Assembly (NCBI GenBank): GCA_036141415.1 | Contig: JAYZXK010000041.1 | Span: forward strand, 1-33,409 | Length of the DNA stretch: 33,409 nucleotides | Direction: 5' to 3' | Source: Pseudomonadota bacterium | GTDB lineage: Bacteria > Pseudomonadota > Gammaproteobacteria > Enterobacterales > Alteromonadaceae | Part shown: piece by piece, positions 19,458-27,446 of the stretch | Layout: each line of letters begins with the position of its first letter | Position numbering within the stretch: the first letter of the stretch is position 1 | Program-made: the position numbers and the translations under genes | The notes under the pieces: model-generated | Database searches by the model: none | Told to the model about the DNA's origin: nothing | The model's input: only the letters and a program-made list of their open reading frames with translations

Positions 19458-20165
19458 ATGGCAATACAACAACGTTTCGGACTATCACTGGTGGCACTTA
19501 GCTGCGTTGCACTTACCGCCTGCGATTTTAATGATGATGACGAGCCAGCACCTATGCCACCGGCAGATGTATCGTATTCCTATGAAGTAACTGTTTACAA
19601 TATGACGCAGGGCCAACCGTTGTCTCCGGTGGGCGTGGCGCTGCATGGCGACGGAATGATGTGGGAAGTAGGGATGTCTGCTTCACAAGCATTGGAAGTA
19701 CTCGCCGAGGGGGGGGACAACAGCGATTTTACTACTGCTGATGGCGTAATGGCTTCTGCAGCAGGTGCGGGGCCAATTGCGCCGGGTAGTAGTGAAACCA
19801 TTACCGTTACGGTGGTAAATGAACCTGATACGTTTATCAGTGTTGCCACCATGCTGGTGAACACCAACGATGCGTTTGCCGGCGTTACCGGCCACGCGTT
19901 AGGCGAGCTCGAAGTGAACCAGAGCATGACAATGGTCTTGCCTGTGCTCGACGCGGGTACAGAAGCGAACAGTGAAGCTGCGGGTACCATTCCCGGGCCT
20001 GCTGACGGTGGAGAGGGCTACAATGCTGAACGAGACGATGCGGATTTGGTGAGCTTTCATCCTGGTGTAGTATCGGCGGATGATGGCCTGATGATGTCGG
20101 CTCTGACTTCCGCTCATCGTTTTGATAACCCGGCAGTAAAACTCTCCATTACCCGGGTGGAATAA
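19458..20165 (+). CDS. Spondin_N-like domain lipoprotein (paralog of the upstream gene)
   Basis: Lipobox LTAC. Motifs PLSP, LAEGG, MLVNTNDAF and LDAGTEAN; very acidic. Confidence 0.75.
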   Translation: MAIQQRFGLSLVALSCVALTACDFNDDDEPAPMPPADVSYSYEVTVYNMTQGQPLSPVGVALHGDGMMWEVGMSASQALEVLAEGGDNSDFTTADGVMASAAGAGPIAPGSSETITVTVVNEPDTFISVATMLVNTNDAFAGVTGHALGELEVNQSMTMVLPVLDAGTEANSEAAGTIPGPADGGEGYNAERDDADLVSFHPGVVSADDGLMMSALTSAHRFDNPAVKLSITRVE

Positions 20166-20192
20166 CGCCGGCAAAAAAAAGTGGAATAAAGT

Positions 20193-20270
20193 TTCCTGTC
20201 TCCCGGTCTGTTGATTAATAACAGGTACGCTAACTGCGCCTGCAGTCAGGCAACAGACCGGGAGAGGGAA
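20193..20270 (+). promoter_or_regulatory. Long stem-loop sequestering the RBS of the response regulator
   Basis: TCTCCCGGTCTGTTG (20199-20213) is the perfect reverse complement of CAACAGACCGGGAGA (20251-20265). The stem extends through TTCCT/GGGAA to the A of the start codon. Confidence 0.7.
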
Positions 20271-20983
20271 TGATTCTAATTGTCAGCGATAATCGTCATC
20301 ATTGTCGGCCGCTACTTACTTGTGTTGAGCGGATCAGCGAAAACTGTGAACTGGTATGCACTTCATCCGGGGTCATTCAGCGTTGCCTGCAAAAACGCTA
20401 CCCGGTAATCATTATCGACAGCTACAGTAAGCTTGCCGAGCACTTTGAATTGATCGCCCAGCTACAGGCCAAGTTACCTGACAGCGCAATCATCGTGATG
20501 GCCCATCAGGGCTGTGACTCAGAGCGTATTGTCAGTCTTGAACTCGGCGCCCAGGATTACATTGAGTATCCGTTTAATCCCGCTGAAGTGCAGGCCAGGA
20601 TAAGGGTTCAGTTGCGTCGTGCGGCTGGCCGAGCCGGGGAGGATAAAAGCGGTGATCATCCGGTTCGTATTGGTCGTTTTTATATGGATAACAGCTATCA
20701 TCGTGCCGAGCTGGACGGCCAGGCGTTACCTCTCACTGCAAAAGAGTTTTCATTGCTACATTTTTTAGCCAGTCACCCGGATCAGGTATTTTCCAGAGAA
20801 CAGTTGTTAACGTCAGTCTGGGGATATCATTATGGTGGCTTTGAACACACAGTGGCTAGTCATGTGAATCGTCTGCGGGCCAAGCTGGGTAAAACCAAAG
20901 GCGGCGCTCATCTGGTCGAGACGGTGTGGGGCGTTGGGTATAAATTTAACAGCAACTGTTTGCAGTTATCCCAATCCGCTTAG
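20270..20983 (+). CDS. OmpR/PhoB-family response regulator with atypical receiver domain, no adjacent kinase
   Basis: Well-conserved winged helix (LTAKEFSLL, VFSREQLLTSVWG, TVASHVNRLRAKL, ETVWGVGYKF). The receiver keeps D50 but the Thr/Ser and Lys positions read A78 and Y100. Confidence 0.85.
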   Translation: MILIVSDNRHHCRPLLTCVERISENCELVCTSSGVIQRCLQKRYPVIIIDSYSKLAEHFELIAQLQAKLPDSAIIVMAHQGCDSERIVSLELGAQDYIEYPFNPAEVQARIRVQLRRAAGRAGEDKSGDHPVRIGRFYMDNSYHRAELDGQALPLTAKEFSLLHFLASHPDQVFSREQLLTSVWGYHYGGFEHTVASHVNRLRAKLGKTKGGAHLVETVWGVGYKFNSNCLQLSQSA

Positions 20984-21070
20984 GAGACGGTTGGTCAGCC
21001 GTCTAAGTAAAAAATCCATTTCCTAAAGAAGGTGGTTCTACGATAAATCCTGAAAAAGTGTCTTTACTTA

Positions 21071-21454
21071 CATCGAAGAAAGAACAAAACTTGTGCCCTT
21101 TTTCAGTGTTTTCATCGTGTCTGGCATACATAACAAAGTAGAAGAATCCTCATGGATGAGGATTCAGTCGATGCGGCACAAGGATGTGCCGTCATTGACG
21201 GTCTACTTTGTTCTGCCAGGGACGATGATGCTTTTCACTGATTTAGGGCTGCGGGGAGTCCAGAGTGGTTCACGGTCACCGGGTCGCACAACACCCTCTG
21301 GTCGATGTCGGCGACTCCGACAACAATGTCTAAACACCTTTCTTTGCTAGCTTATTTTTATATTGGCAAAGCCCTACATCGAACTATAACCACCTACGGA
21401 AGTAGGTGGTTTAAGGGCAGAAAATAAAAAAGCCCGTTATCGTAACGGGCTTTT
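21071..21454 (+). ncRNA. Candidate structured sRNA with CsrA/RsmA-type GGA hairpin loops (Csr/Rsm-like); 5' boundary approximate
   Basis: Three perfect hairpins with GGA loops: GAATCCTCA-TGGA-TGAGGATTC (21144-21165), CGGCACA-AGGA-TGTGCCG (21174-21191) and AACCACCTAC-GGAA-GTAGGTGGTT (21388-21411). Extensive nested pairing, ending in a terminator. Confidence 0.6.
21426..21454. terminator. Bidirectional Rho-independent terminator (peptidase gene on -, candidate sRNA on +)
   Basis: AAAAAAGCCCGTTA-TCG-TAACGGGCTTTT. Confidence 0.85.
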
Positions 21455-21473
21455 CTGCTGAAAATCAGCAGGC

Positions 21474-23666
21474 TTAATCTGCGCTTTCAGCCATCAGTTT
21501 TTCTGTCAGGTAGGTAAACTCAAGTGCTACCCGCTTAGCGGTTTCCTGCTGATTAGCTGCTGCTGAATGACCACCGTCAATGTTCTCGTAGTACAGAAAC
21601 GGCTTGCCAGCGGCTTCAAACAATTTAGCCATCTTACGGGCGTGGCCGGGATGTACTCTGTCATCCTTGGTGGAGGTCACAAAGAATGGTTCCGGGTAAT
21701 CAGCATCGGCATCAAAGTTGTGGTAGGGCGACATTTTTTCCAGCCATTCACGCTCTTCGGGCACTTCTGGTGAGCCATATTCACCCACCCAACTGGCGCC
21801 GGCCAGCAGCAGGTGGAAACGCAACATATCGAGTAGCGGCACCTGCACAATCACTGCATTCCACAAATCGGGGCGTTGCGTGAGCATAACACCCATTAAC
21901 AGGCCACCGTTAGAGCCGCCCTGGATCCCCAGATGTTCAGGAGATGTCAGCTTGTGATCAATCAGCCATTCGCCTACTGCGATAAAGTCGTCATATACCA
22001 CCTGACGGTTGGTTTTCAAACCGGCCTGATGCCACTTAGGCCCAAATTCACCGCCGCCACGAATATTCGCCAGCACAAAAGCACCGCCCCGTTCTAACCA
22101 CAACTTACCTCTTAAGCCACTGTAGCTGGGTCGCATAGAGATTTGAAAGCCGCCATAGCCATACAGCAAGGTCGGCGTTTTGCCATCGTGCTTAATGCCT
22201 TTTTTATGGATCACGAAAAATGGAACCATGGTGCCGTCTTTCGATTTCGCTTCTTTTTGTTCTACTACCAGATCGTCAGCGTTAAACCAGCTTGGCAGGC
22301 TCTTTAACGTTTTAACCTCGCCGCTTTGCGGTGTGTAACTCATTAATGAATCGGGGGTCAGAAAACCTTCGTAATTGATCAGTACCGTTGCTTCATCCTT
22401 ATCGGCGAAAGAGACCGACAGGGTGCCATTGGCAGGCAAGTCGAGTTGTTCCCGTTGCCAGTTATTATCGGCTTTGGTGATGGCAAACACTTTACCTACC
22501 ACATTGTCGCTTAAGGTCATCAGCAGTTGTCCCTGGGTTATCGAAACACTTTCGATGGCCTGGCGATTGTTGGGTTCAAAGATCGCCTCGGGCATCGTGC
22601 CCGGGGTAATCTCGCCTGCTTCAGAGAACGGCATCGCCAGCAAGCTGCCGGTAGAATAATGCTTGGCACTGCCACCGGCTTCCACGGTCCAGTCTTGTTT
22701 AATGGTAAATATCAGTTGCCCTTCAAACCAACCTACAATGTCAGCTTTTTCTGGCAGCGGCAGGCGCACAGCATCTTTACCAGCCGGAAAAATATAATAT
22801 TCGCTGGTAAAAAAAGTGGGGGCAACTACCACCCCTTCCAGGCGGGTGCCGTCATCCCGTTCCTGGGTGAAAGGCCACACGCCAACATCGGTTTTTTTGC
22901 CGCTAAACAGCGTTGTGGCATCACTAAGTGATGTGCCTCGCTGCCAGCGTTTAACCACAGACGGGTAGCGGGAATCCGTTAATGTACTGCCATCGCCGCC
23001 CCAGTCAGTTGCGACCAGAAGTGTGTTGTAATCAACCCAGGTTACACCGGATTTGGCTTCGGGCAGGGTAAAGCCGTCATCTACAAAGCTTTTGCTGGCA
23101 AGGTCAAACTCACGGATCACCACCGCGTCTTTACCGCCATTGGATAAGCTAATCAGGCATTTGTAATCAGCTTTTGCTTTGGCGGTATAACAGTTAGCGC
23201 CTTTATACACCCAGTTTTTACCTTCGCTTTCGGCCAGTTTGTCGAAGTCGAGTATGGTTTCCCATTGGGGGGAATTGGTGGTATAGCTTTCGAGTGTGGT
23301 GCGGCGCCACAGGCCCCTTATATTCGTTGCATCCTGCCAGAAGTTGTAAACATAGCCATTACGGATGGTACCGTAGGGAATGCGTTCAGAAGAGTTAACC
23401 ACTTCCAGTGCCTGCTCATTCAGGTCGGCATAAATTGGATTCGCCTGAAGGTCGCTCAGGGTGCGCTGGTTCTGGTTACGCACCCAGTCAAGAGCTCTGT
23501 CGCCTTCTACTTCTTCCAACCACAGGTAAGGATCTTCTGTGGTGGCAGAGGCGGCAGGAGGTACCGCACTGGCGGCTTCCTCTGTAGTGGTGTTTTGCGG
23601 TGTCATGCACCCGCTTAGCGCGAATGCGATGGCCACGGCCATGCTCAAAGAGCGGATCAGTTCCAT
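21474..23666 (-). CDS. Prolyl oligopeptidase family (S9A) serine peptidase, predicted lipoprotein
   Basis: EDPYLWLE, GYGGF, NIRGGGEFG, catalytic GGSNGG, DDRV and GGH. Start at 23666 follows SD AAGGAG and gives lipobox LSGC. Confidence 0.92.
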   Translation of the reverse strand: MELIRSLSMAVAIAFALSGCMTPQNTTTEEAASAVPPAASATTEDPYLWLEEVEGDRALDWVRNQNQRTLSDLQANPIYADLNEQALEVVNSSERIPYGTIRNGYVYNFWQDATNIRGLWRRTTLESYTTNSPQWETILDFDKLAESEGKNWVYKGANCYTAKAKADYKCLISLSNGGKDAVVIREFDLASKSFVDDGFTLPEAKSGVTWVDYNTLLVATDWGGDGSTLTDSRYPSVVKRWQRGTSLSDATTLFSGKKTDVGVWPFTQERDDGTRLEGVVVAPTFFTSEYYIFPAGKDAVRLPLPEKADIVGWFEGQLIFTIKQDWTVEAGGSAKHYSTGSLLAMPFSEAGEITPGTMPEAIFEPNNRQAIESVSITQGQLLMTLSDNVVGKVFAITKADNNWQREQLDLPANGTLSVSFADKDEATVLINYEGFLTPDSLMSYTPQSGEVKTLKSLPSWFNADDLVVEQKEAKSKDGTMVPFFVIHKKGIKHDGKTPTLLYGYGGFQISMRPSYSGLRGKLWLERGGAFVLANIRGGGEFGPKWHQAGLKTNRQVVYDDFIAVGEWLIDHKLTSPEHLGIQGGSNGGLLMGVMLTQRPDLWNAVIVQVPLLDMLRFHLLLAGASWVGEYGSPEVPEEREWLEKMSPYHNFDADADYPEPFFVTSTKDDRVHPGHARKMAKLFEAAGKPFLYYENIDGGHSAAANQQETAKRVALEFTYLTEKLMAESAD

Positions 23667-23777
23667 GTATTCTCTCCTTTGACAGATGCGCCGCACATCG
23701 CTCAGCGGCGGATGATAACGGCACACTATTTTAATAATTGGTTGTTACACTGTATGTGTAGGCGGGGCGCGGTGCCG

Positions 23778-25136
23778 CTACACCAGAAACAGGGTTGCAG
23801 TGCCTAAAAAAGCAAAGATGCCTACAACGTCGGTGATAGTTGTCAGAATAACACTGCCTGCCAGGGCAGGATCGATGCGCAACTTTTTCATCACAATAGG
23901 TAGTGTAGCGCCTGACAGTGCAGCGGCAATCATGTTCATAAGCATCGCGAAGGCAATGATAATACCGAGTGTAAGGTCTTGTTTCCAGGCGGCAATCACG
24001 GTGGCAATCAGCACTGCCCAGATCACACCATTGAGCAGACCGATGGCAAATTCTTTGGTGATCAGCCAGCGCGAGTTAGACGGATTCACATGGCCCAAAG
24101 CCATACCGCGGATCACTAAGGTGAGGGTTTGGTTTCCTGCCACGCCACCCATACTGGGCACAATGGTATTGAGAATGGCCAGTACCGCCAGTTGACTCAG
24201 CGTTGCTTCAAATAAATCGCTCACCGCGGCGGCCATCAGCGCGGTAAGCAGGTTAACGCCAAGCCACACAGAGCGTCGTCGGGTACTTTGCCACACCGGG
24301 GCAAAGGTATCTTCTTCATCATCCAGACCGGCCATACTCATCATAGAGTGTTCGGCGTCTTCACGGATAATATCCACCACGTCATCAATGGTGATCCGGC
24401 CTACCAGACGGTGCTTGTCGTCGACAACCGGGGCCGATAGCCAGTTATACCGTTCGAACATACTGGCAACTTCGTCATCGGGCATATTCACCGGGATAGC
24501 TTCCGGTTCTTCGTCCATGACATCAGCCACCCTGGCTTCCGGATCGGTGGTTAATAACCTCGCTACCGGGACGATGCCTACCAGATTATCGGTGCGGCTG
24601 ACAACGTAAAACGTATCGGTATTTTCCGGCAGCTCACCTTTCAGGCGCAGATAGCGCAGCACCACATCAATGGAGACTTCCGGACGCAGCGTAATGGTGT
24701 CGGTGTTCATGATGAAACCAGCGGTTTCCTCACCGTAGGACATGGCTTGTTCTGCGCGATGGCGGTCCTGGGCATCCATAGACTGCAAGACATCCTGCAA
24801 CACTTCTTCCGGCAGACTCGACAGGGTTTCAGCGAGATCGTCGGTGTCCATGTCTTCGAGGGCATCGACTACCTTGGCGGGCATCATTTTGGCGATAATG
24901 CCGTTACGGACTTCCTCGGAGAGCTCTTCGATGACATCGCCGTGAAAGTCACTGTCGAGCAATTCCCACAGATCATCACGGGTTTTAGTGGGGCTGGACT
25001 CAAGAATCAGCGCGACGTCGCTGGGGGGCATTTCGTGCAATTGTTTACGCACAGAAACAAAGCGACCCTCAGACAGCGCCTGATTGATGGCACGTAACTG
25101 CCCACGCGCATAATTCGCTTCAATCGCTTCTGCCAC
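23778..25136 (-). CDS. mgtE: Magnesium transporter MgtE
   Basis: MgtE N-domain, CBS pair (TAGFIM, GRITIDDVVD) and TM motifs MGGVAGNQT and IDPALAG...TTITDVVG. GTG start. Confidence 0.95.
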   Translation of the reverse strand: MAEAIEANYARGQLRAINQALSEGRFVSVRKQLHEMPPSDVALILESSPTKTRDDLWELLDSDFHGDVIEELSEEVRNGIIAKMMPAKVVDALEDMDTDDLAETLSSLPEEVLQDVLQSMDAQDRHRAEQAMSYGEETAGFIMNTDTITLRPEVSIDVVLRYLRLKGELPENTDTFYVVSRTDNLVGIVPVARLLTTDPEARVADVMDEEPEAIPVNMPDDEVASMFERYNWLSAPVVDDKHRLVGRITIDDVVDIIREDAEHSMMSMAGLDDEEDTFAPVWQSTRRRSVWLGVNLLTALMAAAVSDLFEATLSQLAVLAILNTIVPSMGGVAGNQTLTLVIRGMALGHVNPSNSRWLITKEFAIGLLNGVIWAVLIATVIAAWKQDLTLGIIIAFAMLMNMIAAALSGATLPIVMKKLRIDPALAGSVILTTITDVVGIFAFLGTATLFLV

Positions 25137-25397
25137 CCGTAATCCTTAAGAATATCGCTATGCCTGTAAGGGTAACTCAGAGGCAGATTTCTGTCATGGA
25201 TTAAAACATTAACTGGCGCTTTTTTATTCTGTCTGGCGAGTTTTAATGTGATTTGTATAGCTAAAGGTTATGACAATTTAGTGAGTATCGTGCCCGGGAA
25301 ATATCAAAAAATAGGTTCGCCTGGCGTTGGGAGTCCTTGTTACTTTAATTGGTAGAAAACAATAGCCTTCAGGCGGTGCATGAAGAGGCCATATTGC

Positions 25398-26132
25398 TTA
25401 TTCCCGGCGCATCGCCTCAAATAGGGACGGCTCCCAGGGGCGCATTGCCATGAGCAAGCCCATATGCGTTCGTTCGCTTATGGGTAAGCGGGCATCTTCT
25501 TCATTGAGCTCGGCCGCCTCCCGGGTTAGCTGATTGAGCCGGCGCTGAATAATTTCCACTGAGCTTGCCGAATAGCGCCCGCGCAGGTAAAAACGAAAAG
25601 TCCAGGGCTCGTTTTTCTTTGGGGCCATAAACTTAACCATTACTTCCTGCTCCATAAACCTTTCCAGAGGGCCGCCGGGGATCCACCGAAAGTCCTGGGC
25701 AATCAACAGGCGATAGCGATTACCGGGCAGAAATTCAATCAACTTCAGGCGATCCAGTTTTACCATCAGGCGCACGGCTTCAGGCTCGCTGATAGCGTAG
25801 TAATCAATTATCTCGTTAAATTGCCAGCCGTCGCGCACACACACCGCGGCCAACAGCAAGCGCGGATTCTCCAGCAGTTCGCGCTCCTGCGCTTCCGATA
25901 GTTGGGAAACCCGAGGCTGAGTTTGGGCAACCTGAATAAACACATCGCTCAGGGTGAGTCCTAAAGCCTCACAAACCTGCTCCAGGCGCTCCAGGGTAAA
26001 ACTCTGTTGTGAGAAGCACCGTTTTATACTCGCTTCACTCAGTTGCAGTTGTTCAGACAGGGATTTATAGGTCATTCCCTGTTCCTTAAGTAATTGCTTT
26101 AAACGCTGTGTTACCTGCTTAATCTGACTCAT
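25398..26132 (-). CDS. XRE/Cro-type HTH transcriptional regulator with uncharacterised C-terminal domain
   Basis: N-terminal LKQLLKEQGMTYKSLSEQLQLSEASIKRCFS HTH. Divergent from the DUF2145-YiaA operon. Confidence 0.85.
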   Translation of the reverse strand: MSQIKQVTQRLKQLLKEQGMTYKSLSEQLQLSEASIKRCFSQQSFTLERLEQVCEALGLTLSDVFIQVAQTQPRVSQLSEAQERELLENPRLLLAAVCVRDGWQFNEIIDYYAISEPEAVRLMVKLDRLKLIEFLPGNRYRLLIAQDFRWIPGGPLERFMEQEVMVKFMAPKKNEPWTFRFYLRGRYSASSVEIIQRRLNQLTREAAELNEEDARLPISERTHMGLLMAMRPWEPSLFEAMRRE

Positions 26133-26133
26133 A

Positions 26134-26173
26134 GTATTAAATTCCGATACCTTTGGTGTAGGAATATACTACA
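26134..26173. promoter_or_regulatory. Two palindromic boxes in the divergent promoter, candidate operators
   Basis: GTAT-N9-ATAC (26134-26150) and TGTAG-N7-CTACA (26157-26173). Confidence 0.45.
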
Positions 26174-26241
26174 AATTTTAATTGAGTTTACTTATTTTCT
26201 ACCGGGGATTAGCTTGAAGGGGAACCAACCAATGAAGGAAT

Positions 26242-26589
26242 ATGACCATGAAGAAATTAGTTATTGCGTTACTTACCAGTGTTGTTGTTAGTCAGGGAGC
26301 TATGGCGGCTGATTCTGTTGATCACAGCGGTCAGGCCAGTAAACACAGTGTACTGGCCAGTGTGGAAGGTGCTGCGTCAACGGCATCGGTAGCCAGTGCC
26401 GTAGTAGCAGCACCGGTGATTGTTACCGGCATGAGCGTGGTGGCTGTCGCCGACTCAACCCACCACTCGGTTAAAGCGCTGCATGCCAAACATCAGCGAA
26501 ACACTAAACCTCTCACTATTACTACCCGCGTGATCACGCGCGACCCACCGCCCTCAGAAGTCGTGGTAGAACAAACGGTAAAACAGTAA
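26242..26589 (+). CDS. Small exported Ala/Ser/Val-rich hypothetical protein
   Basis: SD AAGGA, signal peptide ending AMA-A and a central hydrophobic ASVASAVVAAPVIVTG segment. Confidence 0.75.
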   Translation: MTMKKLVIALLTSVVVSQGAMAADSVDHSGQASKHSVLASVEGAASTASVASAVVAAPVIVTGMSVVAVADSTHHSVKALHAKHQRNTKPLTITTRVITRDPPPSEVVVEQTVKQ

Positions 26590-26620
26590 GGGTTCACCCT
26601 CAGGGTTCGCCCTAAGGGTT
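26589..26620 (+). repeat. Tandem mini-hairpin repeat with 13-bp period
   Basis: AGGGTTCACCCT (26589-26600), AGGGTTCGCCCT (26602-26613) and a partial AGGGTT (26615-26620). Confidence 0.65.
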
Positions 26621-26640
26621 AATTCGACAAGGAGCAGGTT

Positions 26641-27432
26641 ATGCGAGTCATTATTGCAGTACTATTGATTATACTTACTGCCGGCGCCCAGGCCGGCAGT
26701 CAGACCCCGTCAAAATCGGTGTTTCAACCTGAGCAGATCATTGACTTTGCCAAGCAAGTAGAGCGCTATGCGGCAGAGCATCAGGCTCATGCCTTTATTA
26801 TCGGTCGGGTCGGCCGTCAGCAAAAAGATCTGCCAAAAGGTATTCATTTTACCCATACAGCGGTAGCGATTTACTCTGCTATCAGCCTGGATGATGGGAG
26901 TACCGAATACGGATACGCTATTCACAATCTCTATCAGCGCGCCGACGATCCGGGTCGCAGCGACATCATTGTTGATTACCCGGTGGATTTTTTCTGGGGC
27001 GCCCAAACGCTTAAGGCTGGCATTGTAATACCAACCCCGGCGGTGCAGGAACGGCTCATAGCGCTAATCAGTGAACAAAAGCACCTTGGTTTGCACAATC
27101 CCCGTTATTCGGTGATAGCCAATCCATTTAACAGCGAGCGCCAGAACTGTACTGAATTCACCCTGGATATGCTGCAGGCGGCCCTGTACCAAACCGCGGA
27201 TAAAAAGCGAATTAAAGCCAATAACGTCGCCTATTTTAAGCCTCAGCGAGTCCACATCAGCCCGCTAAAGCTGGCGGTAGGCAGTATGGTGACAGACGGT
27301 GTAACTACTTCTGATCACAAAGGGCGGGTTCGCACAGCTACCTTTACCACTATTAGCCACTATTTAACGCAGTTTAACTTGTCTCAACATGCCGTAGTGC
27401 TCTATGCCAACGGCCGCACTCAAGCTATTTAA
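26641..27432 (+). CDS. Exported DUF2145-like protein
   Basis: Signal peptide ending AQA-G. Motifs IIGRVG, FTHTA, HNLYQ, YSVIANPF and QNCTE. Family recognised by eye only. Confidence 0.65.
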   Translation: MRVIIAVLLIILTAGAQAGSQTPSKSVFQPEQIIDFAKQVERYAAEHQAHAFIIGRVGRQQKDLPKGIHFTHTAVAIYSAISLDDGSTEYGYAIHNLYQRADDPGRSDIIVDYPVDFFWGAQTLKAGIVIPTPAVQERLIALISEQKHLGLHNPRYSVIANPFNSERQNCTEFTLDMLQAALYQTADKKRIKANNVAYFKPQRVHISPLKLAVGSMVTDGVTTSDHKGRVRTATFTTISHYLTQFNLSQHAVVLYANGRTQAI

Positions 27433-27446
27433 TCAAGGATATCATC

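Noticed and set aside
20984-21072. UvrY/GacA box upstream of the ncRNA candidate
   Set aside because: Only a half-site (CTTACA, 21067-21072) is present. There is no convincing TGTAAG-N6-CTTACA palindrome, so I make no claim about the activator.
21093-21350. 85-aa ORF in the intergenic region
   Set aside because: GTG start without an SD, no recognisable motif, and it lies inside extensive RNA secondary structure that explains the sequence better.
21144-21411. CRISPR array or REP cluster
   Set aside because: The hairpins differ in sequence, there is no constant repeat-spacer period, and no cas genes are present.
25137-25397. Mg2+ riboswitch or Pro-rich leader peptide upstream of mgtE
   Set aside because: The short minus-strand ORFs I read (MHRLKAIVFYQLK, MTEICL) have no prolines, and no M-box-like structure is evident.
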